DNA from: Capsulimonadaceae bacterium
Lineage (GTDB): Bacteria > Armatimonadota > Armatimonadia > Armatimonadales > Capsulimonadaceae
Assembly: GCA_965215505.1 (NCBI GenBank)
Contig: OZ244065.1
Span: 6,080,001-6,144,000, forward strand
DNA: 64,000 nucleotides
Reading direction: 5' to 3'
The notes under the pieces were generated by a model that was not told the DNA's origin, ran no database searches, and saw only the letters and a list, made by a program, of their open reading frames with translations. Below are positions 35,683 to 46,351 of this stretch, piece after piece (position 1 is the first letter of the stretch; the number at the start of each line of letters is the position of its first letter). The translations under genes were made by a program, and so were the position numbers.

Positions 35683-38600
35683 TTACCTCCTCGCCAAACG
35701 TAGCTTGACAGGCGTAGCAACGGCCCCATCCCCCAAATACTCCGGGCTGGTCACGATGGCCCGGACCAACGGCTTCAGGGCGAAGTGGGTCTGATGAACG
35801 CCGTCCCAGAGTTTCTTGTACAGCCCGCGCTCGTCGGCATCAAAGCGCAGTGGTCGCCCGAAGAACCAGATGAAGTGGGTCTGAATGATGGCCCGGTGGA
35901 ACCTTTCCTTGCGCTGGGCGGCCAGCGCGAAGGCTTCCAGCCCCGCGCCTTTGAAGGGGTAGGAGGCGACGGCATGGCGGTCCGAGTCGTCAATAGCGTT
36001 GCCCTTGTCGTCCTTCTCTTTATACTTGCCGTCGTCGGTCCAGCGCGTCCGCTGGTAGGCCAGGGGCGTCAGGACCTGGTGGCAGGAGTAGCAGATGGAT
36101 TTCGTGTCCACGGTGGAAGCGGCCGTCAATGTCCCGCGCGCTTTGACCACTTCCGGGGTCACTTCAAAGACGTAGCCCAAGAACTTCTCGCAGACCTGGG
36201 CGGCATAGTTGAAGTGCGGTAGGCCCGGCTTCCCCTCGATGAAGCCGGGCATGGTCAGGACGCCCGAATGGCCGCAGTAGGTGGGGCGGGCGGTCTTGCG
36301 CCCGTCCGGCGTGATCGTGTAATCGGCGGTCATCAGCTCGGTGTAAGGCCGGCCCGTGTGTAGGAGGTAGCGCCACAAGCGCGCCGGCTCGTCCTGGGTC
36401 GGCGTGCCGTGGCTCTCCAGGTACAGGCGCACACGGCGATGGTAGAAGCTTTCAAATTCCGGCGAAGCCAAGTAACTATCCGTCAAGGCGGAAAGGGACG
36501 CGCCCCCGTCCAGCCGGGCGACTTCGCCCTCCGTGGGCGGTCGCCCTACAAGGTCCTGGGCCAGCTTCACGAGCTGCAAGCGGCGGCGCGTGGCCGGGTC
36601 GTGGGTGGCGGACAGAGTCCGGGGCCGGGTGAACAGGAAGTCCGGATGGAGGATCAAGGCGCGGCACAGGCCCTCCCAGGCGATCTGTGGGGCATCCTCA
36701 TCGGCGATCTGGGCGGTCAAAGTCGGCGCATTCGGCGCGGATAGGGTGGCGCGCGGCCCGCCGATCTGCGACCAGAGGAAGCGCAGCGGGGAGTGCTGGA
36801 CGTTGTAGGACGCGGAGGCGTCCAGCGTGATCTTCGCCCCGACCGGCGCTTCGGCGGGGGCGCGGAGGCGGACGATGGGCGAGGAGCGCGCGGCGTACAC
36901 GGTGATCGGAACCTGCGTCTCGTTGTCCACATGGCCGGGATAGGTCACGCGCAGGTGGTAGTAGTCGGCGGGGGGCAGGGCCGTGCCCGGCGCGAACAGC
37001 AGGCTCAACTCGCCCTTGTGCGCGTTGTCATCCGAGCGCAGGTCCGGCCCGACCGTGTTGTAGGGCGTGAAATCGCTCGGCTTGAAGACCGGCCAGTGGT
37101 CGTGGCCCACGGCATCATTGGCGCGCACGATCAGGGCGGGCGTCTCGCCGTCGGCGGCTGCCGGGATAAAGGAGACGGCGTCGGCGACGACTCGCTTCCG
37201 TGTGTCTTTGTTGCTGATCTCCACCCCGCTTTTGGGCTGATGGGGGTCAAACCCGAAGGCGGTCTTCAGGTCGAAGTAAGAGACGTTGTCTACGGTTTGG
37301 TCCAGCAAATAGTGCGCCTCGCCGCGCGGCGGGGTGGGGGGCGCGGGCGGGAGCGACAGATGGAACTGCCCCGGCGCGTAGAGCGTGACGGGAACGGCCT
37401 CCGAGTTGATCCCGGCCCCGTTCTTGCGCCAGGTGAGCGCGACCTCATACCGCCCCGCCGCCCTGACGCGCAGCGGCACGGTCAGCCGGCTCTGTCCCTT
37501 GTTGTCGTTCCCGTCGCTGTAGCCCTCCTTGGCGTGGTCGCCGAAGGCGTTCCAGGCCCCGTCCACGACGACATTCGGCGAGTCGGACCCGATGACCGTC
37601 TCGGTCTTTGCCGGGAGCGGGCCGCGCAGGACCACGGAATGGAAGGTGACTTTGCCGGACGTGCCGCCGTTCGAGACGACGAGCCTTTGCACCGCCTCAC
37701 CCGGCTTCAGCGCCCAGACGCCCAAGGTGGCTTCTGAGCCTATTGTAGCATTCTCGTTTACGAAGAGTGTGCTGACACCCGACGCCCGCGGCAGCGTGGA
37801 AACCTCCGCCTGCTGGATCGCCTCCTGGCCGTCGGTGCCGCTGACGACGACCTGAAACATTAGCGGCCCCGCTTTTTTGGCGCGCGCCGTCTGGGCGGCG
37901 GCCACGGCGCGCAGGAACGTCTCCGCACGGCGCATCTCATCGGGGGCGGGTGCGCGGAACAGGAGACGCCCGTACAGCCGCGTGATCTGGTCGCGCACTC
38001 CCTTGTCGGCACCGGGGCCGGGGAGCGGCATCCTCTCCGGCCGGCCAGCGAACGGGCCGGACTTGTCCAGGAAGGCGCGGGAAGAAGCGTCCGCCGCCAG
38101 CGCGCCGACTGCCGACAGGTACGAAGGCGTCGCGCGCGTGGATTCGTCGAAGCGCGTGACGAAATCCGCCCCGCCGAGCTGCGCCAGGTTTTCCAGATAC
38201 TGGTCGCGGTCGCCCCGCCGCCAGTCGTCGCCGAACAGGGTCGCGATCTTGTGGCGCAACTGGTAGTAGCTGAGGAGGGAATTGTCCTGTCCGCTGACCC
38301 GCTTCGGCCCCGAGTAGGGCAGCAGCAGGGCGGGCGGGAACTGCTCATCCGGGCGCGGCGTGTGCGCGTCGGTCGCGGCGTTCCGGTCGAGCGACGCCAT
38401 GAATTCCCGCAGGCGCGTTTTGTCGGCCTCCGGCCAGGCCGGCATCCCGACCGGCGGCATCCGCTGTCCGGGATCGGTCGCGCAGACGCGGGCCAGCAGC
38501 GAGGAGGGGTTACGCGGGTCCAGCCGACCCTCGGCGAGAAGCTGACGGTAGCCGCTCTGCGCGTCGGCGGGGAGGTGGAGCTGGGAGGGGTTGCTTGCCG

Positions 38601-38856
38601 TGTGACATGCGACGCAGTTCGCGTCCGGGCGCGTCAGAAGGGGCCAGATGTCCCGCGCGAACCACTGCGCCGTGGGGTCACCCTGGACTGGTGCGGGCTT
38701 GATGACGCTCGTCTGCTCTCCCCGGACCGGATGCGGTTCGGTCAGCCAGGAGGTGCCGATGAGAAGCGCGAAGAGCATGGTCGCTGCGCCCACGACATAC
38801 GGGCGTCTGTTCCGCCGCGTGCGCTCCTGACTCTTCGGCGGACCTGGGGCTTGCAT
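35683..38856 (-). CDS. Large exported c-type cytochrome of the planctomycete DUF1592/DUF1588/DUF1553-like type, with inserted golvesin-like and PKD-like domains
   Basis: N-terminal TM or signal; CVACH...RMPP; LLFRAPAPDE...WEGLCRALILHPDFLF; DLVGRPPT; SGVLT; CYSCH; LVRAIVTSPEY. Upstream of the DUF1501 gene. Confidence 0.75.
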   Translation of the reverse strand: MQAPGPPKSQERTRRNRRPYVVGAATMLFALLIGTSWLTEPHPVRGEQTSVIKPAPVQGDPTAQWFARDIWPLLTRPDANCVACHTASNPSQLHLPADAQSGYRQLLAEGRLDPRNPSSLLARVCATDPGQRMPPVGMPAWPEADKTRLREFMASLDRNAATDAHTPRPDEQFPPALLLPYSGPKRVSGQDNSLLSYYQLRHKIATLFGDDWRRGDRDQYLENLAQLGGADFVTRFDESTRATPSYLSAVGALAADASSRAFLDKSGPFAGRPERMPLPGPGADKGVRDQITRLYGRLLFRAPAPDEMRRAETFLRAVAAAQTARAKKAGPLMFQVVVSGTDGQEAIQQAEVSTLPRASGVSTLFVNENATIGSEATLGVWALKPGEAVQRLVVSNGGTSGKVTFHSVVLRGPLPAKTETVIGSDSPNVVVDGAWNAFGDHAKEGYSDGNDNKGQSRLTVPLRVRAAGRYEVALTWRKNGAGINSEAVPVTLYAPGQFHLSLPPAPPTPPRGEAHYLLDQTVDNVSYFDLKTAFGFDPHQPKSGVEISNKDTRKRVVADAVSFIPAAADGETPALIVRANDAVGHDHWPVFKPSDFTPYNTVGPDLRSDDNAHKGELSLLFAPGTALPPADYYHLRVTYPGHVDNETQVPITVYAARSSPIVRLRAPAEAPVGAKITLDASASYNVQHSPLRFLWSQIGGPRATLSAPNAPTLTAQIADEDAPQIAWEGLCRALILHPDFLFTRPRTLSATHDPATRRRLQLVKLAQDLVGRPPTEGEVARLDGGASLSALTDSYLASPEFESFYHRRVRLYLESHGTPTQDEPARLWRYLLHTGRPYTELMTADYTITPDGRKTARPTYCGHSGVLTMPGFIEGKPGLPHFNYAAQVCEKFLGYVFEVTPEVVKARGTLTAASTVDTKSICYSCHQVLTPLAYQRTRWTDDGKYKEKDDKGNAIDDSDRHAVASYPFKGAGLEAFALAAQRKERFHRAIIQTHFIWFFGRPLRFDADERGLYKKLWDGVHQTHFALKPLVRAIVTSPEYLGDGAVATPVKLRLARR

Positions 38857-38924
38857 GGAGTTATTCTACCACATACCCCGACATACGGCAAGCCTAGCAT
38901 TGATACTATGACCCCAGCTCCGCG

Positions 38925-39386
38925 TCACGCACGCCCGGACCGCGCGCGGTACAGTTGGCACAGCAGGGCCGGTGCCGGCCCAGTCAGCAGCGCGCCGGCC
39001 ACGTCAACGGGCGTGTGGTACTGGGCCGCGACCAAGGCCCAGGCCATGAGGGCGGACAGCGGCAGGCCCAGCGCCAGCCAGCGGGCGTCCCGGACGGCGA
39101 GGCAGGTCACGGCGGCGAGGCAGAACGTCTCGTGGCCGCTGGGGAAGCCTCGATGGCCCGGCCACACCTCCCACCGCTTGCCGCTCTCGGCCAGCACCAC
39201 GGCAAGGCCGATGCCCAGGAAGCAGCGGACCCAATACTCTGGGGCGCGGACGGGCCGGGGCGTCACGAGCGGGGCGGCCAGCATCAGGAACGCCGTGGCC
39301 GGGTTGACGGAGTCCGCGATGAGATTTGGCGTGAGGGGCATGGGTACAGGTTCGACGCCGGTGGCGCGCATTCCTGTCGCTCTCAC
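38925..39386 (-). CDS. Small PAP2-family membrane phosphatase
   Basis: GFPSGHET and QYHTPVDVAG motifs, TM helices. Start is 39386 (GTGA overlap) or 39341. Confidence 0.75.
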   Translation of the reverse strand: MRATGMRATGVEPVPMPLTPNLIADSVNPATAFLMLAAPLVTPRPVRAPEYWVRCFLGIGLAVVLAESGKRWEVWPGHRGFPSGHETFCLAAVTCLAVRDARWLALGLPLSALMAWALVAAQYHTPVDVAGALLTGPAPALLCQLYRARSGRA

Positions 39387-39658
39387 GTCGCCCCCACGAT
39401 TGCCGATTCATCCGCGCCGGCGGGCGACAGGGCGCTCGCCAGATCGCAAAGCTCGCGGCTTGGCCCGGCCTCGGCGAGAAGGCCGAGGACGATGCCCCTG
39501 AGCAGGCGGAGATGCTCCTCCTGCCAAAGATATACTCCGGGTGCCCCGGATGCGTCCGCCAGCATCAGCGCACAGGAAACGGACAGGGCCGCGTCCGTGG
39601 CGTACCCGGCCCGCGCCGCCAGGAGCGCGCGCGTTTGTGGATTGATCTGTAATTTCAT
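39383..39658 (-). CDS. Small hypothetical protein
   Basis: GGGAGGG SD before ATG at 39658; stop overlaps the PAP2 start. Confidence 0.55.
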   Translation of the reverse strand: MKLQINPQTRALLAARAGYATDAALSVSCALMLADASGAPGVYLWQEEHLRLLRGIVLGLLAEAGPSRELCDLASALSPAGADESAIVGAT

Positions 39659-39765
39659 CGGAGTCCCCTCCCGGCCCGCCATCGTCAGCAGGGCGGCTGT
39701 TTATGCTGGGAGCCATTAAACCCGATGATGGAAGGAGCCTGGAAGGAAAGGCGGCGGAAGGGAAA

Positions 39766-41685
39766 CTAATTTCGGCGAATCGAGACGAATTCCGGGGCGG
39801 GGGGGAGGTGGAGCTTCTTGAGCAGGCGCGCGAAACGCGGCTCCCGGCGGAGGCTGGCGAAGCGCGGCTCGATGCCGAGAAGAAAGAGCTGGCAGGCGTG
39901 TTCCCGGTAGCCCTGCTCCAGCAGAGTCAGGGCCTGTTCCTTCTCTTCAAAGGCCTGCGCTTTGTCCACCGTGTTCCGGTCGTGGTTGTACAACCCTGTG
40001 TAGACGACGGCAAGGTCTACCGGCGAGACATATGACAGTCCATCGCACCGCCGCATCTCCATCTCCGCCAAAAGTCTGCGGGACCTCGCCCCGTCGCCGG
40101 ATGTCGCGAAGGCGTGGGCCAGCCCCGCGCGCATGTTCATGTCGCGGCCCCCGGAGAGCCTGTCCGCATCGCCGATCGCGGCAAGCGCCTCCCCGGTGTT
40201 CCCCTCCTGCTCGTAGGCCAGCCCCAGCCAGTAATGCGTCAGCCGGTCGCCGGGGTGCTTCTTCAGGCTGTCATCGCACTTCTGGATCGCATAGTCATAG
40301 TCGCCTTTGTAGTGGAGGCGCTGGGCGGCGCTCATGCAGATCACCGGCGTGGGGTCCCTGCCCACGGCCTGGTTGCTCTCGATGAGGCTCCCGTCCTCGT
40401 CCCCCTGGACCGTCAGATAGAGCGAATACCATTGATGTGCCGTGGCATACCGCTGGTCGGCACTGAGGGCCTGCTGGAAGTCCGACTTGGATTGGTCCCA
40501 TTTCCAGAGGAGCATCTCGACCCATGCCAGCGACGTGTACGATTCCGCCTTTTCCGCGTCATTTTGCGCGCGGGCGGTGGCCTCCCGCGCCTCGTCCAAG
40601 GCGCTCTTGAGGGCCTCGCGCGGCGGCACCCAGCCGTAGTAGCCGAGGAGGCTGTCGGCGTCGGCGAGGCCGGCGTAGCCCGGCGCATAGTCCGGGTCCA
40701 GGGCGTTCACGCGGGCGAAGTCGGCCCGGCTCTGGCGCAGCCCCTCCTCGGTCCGCGCGTTCCAGGAGGCGCGGCCCTCCTGATAAAGACGGTCACGCTC
40801 GTGGAGGCGCTGGGCAGCCTCCTGCTCCGACCGATGGAGCTTCTGCGCGCGTGACGCGAAAAACGTCAGCAGGACCGCCAGGCTGAGGAGAGCCAGCGCG
40901 CCGGCCAGGAAGACGGGTGCGCGCCGGGAGACGTCCGGGGGGCCGGGGCGGCTCGGGGGCGGCAGGATTCCAGGCAGTGGGGGAGAAGCCCTGCGCTTCC
41001 GCGATGATTCATCGAGCAGGGCGCGGTAGTCCTGCCACGCCTCGTCCCTCTCCACGCGGAACGCCTCGTCTTCGGGCGGGAAGGAGCTGCACAACCGGAG
41101 GGCCGCCTCGACCGCCTCCGGCAGCCTGTCCGTTTCCAGCAGGGCCGCCTTCAGGCGGTGCAGCGCGTCCCGGTTCTGCTCCGCCAGCCGCTTCCGGTGG
41201 GCCGCGATCCAGGGCTGGTCGTAACCGGGCAGCAGCTCGCCATGGTAGAGGTCCGCCGCCTTCGTCAGCCGCTCCGCCTGCTCCGCCGCGCCCTCCGCGC
41301 CCGCGGCCTCCTCGTAGGCGGCCAGGAAATCCGCGACATCCGTCCCCACCCGCTCTGGGTTCAAGGAAACCTTTTCCCCTTGTTCGCGGAGGACGCTGCC
41401 CGGCGCGATTCCCTCGGGTTCGAGAAGCCGGTGCAGGTGCGGGAGCGCGTGCCGCAGGTTGTCACGGCCCTCGTCCGGCGGCTTGCCCCAGCCGCGCTTG
41501 ATGAGTTCGGCGCGTGAACAGGACTTGTCGCTGCCCCGCTCGCCCAGCCGCAGGGCCAGGCAGATCAGAAGCTCGCGAGTCACCCCACGGTTGGACACTT
41601 CAACGCACCCGGACTCCCGCCGGAGCTGAAGCCCGCCGAGCATCTCGATGCGCCATTCTGTTTGGGCCTGCGCCTCTGTTCCCAT
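39766..41685 (-). CDS. SARP/BTAD transcriptional regulator with a TM helix and TPR domain
   Basis: WRIEMLGGLQL, NLRHAL..L, TDVADF, LYHGELLPGY..W; TM FLAGALALLSLAVLLTFF; TPRs YQEGRASWNART...DPDYAPGYAGLAD...EPRFARLL. Confidence 0.8.
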   Translation of the reverse strand: MGTEAQAQTEWRIEMLGGLQLRRESGCVEVSNRGVTRELLICLALRLGERGSDKSCSRAELIKRGWGKPPDEGRDNLRHALPHLHRLLEPEGIAPGSVLREQGEKVSLNPERVGTDVADFLAAYEEAAGAEGAAEQAERLTKAADLYHGELLPGYDQPWIAAHRKRLAEQNRDALHRLKAALLETDRLPEAVEAALRLCSSFPPEDEAFRVERDEAWQDYRALLDESSRKRRASPPLPGILPPPSRPGPPDVSRRAPVFLAGALALLSLAVLLTFFASRAQKLHRSEQEAAQRLHERDRLYQEGRASWNARTEEGLRQSRADFARVNALDPDYAPGYAGLADADSLLGYYGWVPPREALKSALDEAREATARAQNDAEKAESYTSLAWVEMLLWKWDQSKSDFQQALSADQRYATAHQWYSLYLTVQGDEDGSLIESNQAVGRDPTPVICMSAAQRLHYKGDYDYAIQKCDDSLKKHPGDRLTHYWLGLAYEQEGNTGEALAAIGDADRLSGGRDMNMRAGLAHAFATSGDGARSRRLLAEMEMRRCDGLSYVSPVDLAVVYTGLYNHDRNTVDKAQAFEEKEQALTLLEQGYREHACQLFLLGIEPRFASLRREPRFARLLKKLHLPPAPEFVSIRRN

Positions 41686-41788
41686 GCGGCACGGTTCGGT
41701 GTCGCATGGCATGATTCCTGCCTGTCCAGGCCCACAAGCAGGATTCGGGGCACGCACGCGCGAACCTGATGCCGAGGACATTTGCACC

Positions 41789-43954
<2,166 letters not shown>

Positions 43955-44132
43955 TTCGGCACTCAGTGGATCTTCTTCGACGCCGTCTCTCCATCGGCCC
44001 AGCGCAGGCCACGAGCGGTGCAGGGACTGAAAAAAGATTGAGAATACCCGGTATCTCGTGGAATAAACCTGAAAGCACTTTCACGTCAAGTCATTCAACC
44101 GGTTTATACGCTACAATGGTGTCGGAAACACG

Positions 44133-45923
44133 ATGATCATCGCGCCGCTACAACCAAACCCGTCAGGGCCGACGGGGCCTCTGTCGGCCGCTCGGCCGGA
44201 CACGCGAAGTCCCACCCCGTCCGGCGGCCGCCGGTCCTACGGGGTGCGTCTCGCCGGCTTCGCGGCCTGCCTCGCGCTGTCCGCCGGGACCGTCGCCGTC
44301 GAGCGCCTGGGCCATATGGCCAGGATGCCGCTCCTCCTGTTCTTCGCCGGCCTGTTCCTCCTGACTGTGCTGTTCCCGGCCAGCGGCCCGAGCGGCCGGC
44401 GCGTCGGCCTGACCCCGACCGTCGGGCTGGCTTCCCTGCTGTTGCTGCCGCTCGTCGCCCTGCTGCCCCTGCTGCTCGCCAACACCGCTTACGCCTTCTC
44501 GCGGGAGACTCCTCTGCTTCGGAGCGGCGCGCACGGGCGCGGCCTGTGCCTGATCCTGGCCGTCTTCGCGGGCGGGCTGGTGCATTCGGCCCTGACCGGG
44601 CCGCACGCCCTGGACGTACCCCTGTCGCTTCCGGGGCTAGTCCTGGTGGCGTTGACTTATGGCGCCGTGTACGTCTTGGGGAGCCTGTGGGGGCCGGGGA
44701 GGCACCGGGGGGGGGGGCAGGCCGCGCGCCGTCACGCCTGGGCGGGCTGGCGCCTGGAGGCCGTGACGCTGGTTCTGACCGCGCCGGTCGCCGTCCTGAT
44801 GGCGCTGTCTTATCCTACGCTTGGCCTCCTCGGGGTGGGAGGCGCGGCGGCCCTGCTCGCCCTGATGCTGGTCGTCGCCCACTTCGGATTCGAAGTGGCC
44901 GGCCTCCATGCCCAGGTCAGGGCGATGGAAAAGATCAGCGCCGTCAGCGTCTCGCAGACCAGCGCGCCCAAGGTCGTCGAGCGGTTCCTCCACCTCGGCG
45001 GCGGGCTGGTCTCCTGCGACCGCGCCGCCCTGTGGCTGGTGGACGACGCGCGCACGCGGCTGAAGCGGATGACGGAAACTCCTGAGCGACCCGGCTCCTC
45101 CGATGCCGCGCCGGCCAGCGTCCGCTTCGGCGAGGGCCTCGTGGGCCGCGTCGCCGAGCGCCGGATTCCGCTCCTGGTCCGCGACGGGGCGCGCGACCCG
45201 CGCCTCACGCCCGATGAGCGTCAGCGCCGGGCCGGGCCGTTCTCGATGATGCTCCTGCCCCTGGTTGCGGGCGACGAAACCGTGGGCGTGGCACAGTTCG
45301 AGCGGGATGCGCCCGGCGCCTTCACCAACCGGGACCTGGACCGCGTCCGTACTCTGGCTGGCCTCGCCGCCGCCACCATCGCCAACGTCCACTCCCACCG
45401 GGACGTCTACCAGCAGGCCGTCACCGACGGCCTGACGGGCCTGTACAACCGCCGCTACATGCAGGAGGTCCTGCTCGAAGAGCGCCGCCGCGCCCACCGC
45501 TACGGGCACCCGCTCTCGGTCATCATGCTGGACGTGGACAACTTCAAGACCTACAACGACACCTATGGCCACGTCCAGGGCGATGTGCTGCTGCGGATGG
45601 CCGCCGCCCTCCTGCGCGCGAGCGTGCGCGACGTGGACATCGTGGGCCGCTACGGGGGCGAAGAGTTCATCATCGTCCTGCCCGAAACCCCGTCCGCCGA
45701 GGCCTATCTGGCCGCCGAGCGGCTCCGCCTGACCGTCGCCCGCACCGTCTTCCCCGGCTTCCCCTCCGACCCCGATCTGGCCGTCTTCAAGACGATCAGC
45801 CTCGGCGTCGCCACCTTCCCGGAAGTCACCGACGATCCCCAGGCCCTCGTCACGCTGGCCGACAACGCCCTCTACCGCGCCAAGCGCGGGGGCCGCAACC
45901 GGACCGTCATGGCCGGGGGGTAG
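44133..45923 (+). CDS. Membrane-bound GAF-GGDEF diguanylate cyclase
   Basis: About 7-8 TM segments, GAF domain (GEGLVGRVA), TDGLTGLYNRR, RxxD I-site (RDVD), RYGGEEF. Confidence 0.92.
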   Translation: MIIAPLQPNPSGPTGPLSAARPDTRSPTPSGGRRSYGVRLAGFAACLALSAGTVAVERLGHMARMPLLLFFAGLFLLTVLFPASGPSGRRVGLTPTVGLASLLLLPLVALLPLLLANTAYAFSRETPLLRSGAHGRGLCLILAVFAGGLVHSALTGPHALDVPLSLPGLVLVALTYGAVYVLGSLWGPGRHRGGGQAARRHAWAGWRLEAVTLVLTAPVAVLMALSYPTLGLLGVGGAAALLALMLVVAHFGFEVAGLHAQVRAMEKISAVSVSQTSAPKVVERFLHLGGGLVSCDRAALWLVDDARTRLKRMTETPERPGSSDAAPASVRFGEGLVGRVAERRIPLLVRDGARDPRLTPDERQRRAGPFSMMLLPLVAGDETVGVAQFERDAPGAFTNRDLDRVRTLAGLAAATIANVHSHRDVYQQAVTDGLTGLYNRRYMQEVLLEERRRAHRYGHPLSVIMLDVDNFKTYNDTYGHVQGDVLLRMAAALLRASVRDVDIVGRYGGEEFIIVLPETPSAEAYLAAERLRLTVARTVFPGFPSDPDLAVFKTISLGVATFPEVTDDPQALVTLADNALYRAKRGGRNRTVMAGG

Positions 45924-46018
45924 GGGCGAACCTCGTGTCCGCGCTCTTTCTCCTGTCCGCGCTCTTTCTCCTGTCCGCGCTCTTTCTCCTGTCCGCGCTC
46001 TTTCTCCTGTCCGCACTC
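45920..46018 (+). repeat. REP-like head followed by an 18-bp tandem repeat (4 perfect copies and one partial)
   Basis: GTAGGGGCGAACC at 45920; TGTCCGCGCTCTTTCTCC at 45936, 45954, 45972 and 45990; partial copy at 46008. Confidence 0.9.
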
Positions 46019-46351
46019 CTTCCCTCCCCTCGTCTCACCTCTTGCTCGTGTTCCGTCGTGTTGATGCCGGTCGATGCCGGCCCCAGCGCCTGGACGTGAA
46101 AAATATATTTCTCATTCCTGTAAGGCAATGCACCGGAGGGGCTGTTTTGTTACGATACGTTTACGCTGGCCCGATATACTAAGGCCGGACGAGAACTTCT
46201 GCATCGGAAACAGGACTGCGGGGGACCCTCTTCTTTCGCACGCCTTCTTCCGCACGCCGCACGGGTGCTGTGAAGTTCCCCGCGCTTTTGGCGCGGCAGA
46301 GTCGTCCGGGGCTGGTCAGGCCCGGACGCTTCCCGAAAGGAACACGGAATC

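Noticed and set aside
45936-46018. Possible CRISPR array
   Set aside because: The 18-bp units are contiguous with no spacers, and there are no cas genes.
46200-46330. c-di-AMP (ydaO) or c-di-GMP riboswitch, suggested by GGGGGACCC and GGAAAC
   Set aside because: The other conserved elements (GCTGAATCC, GTCAGCTAAC, GCAAA, GCAACC) are not present. Kept only as an unassigned structured leader.
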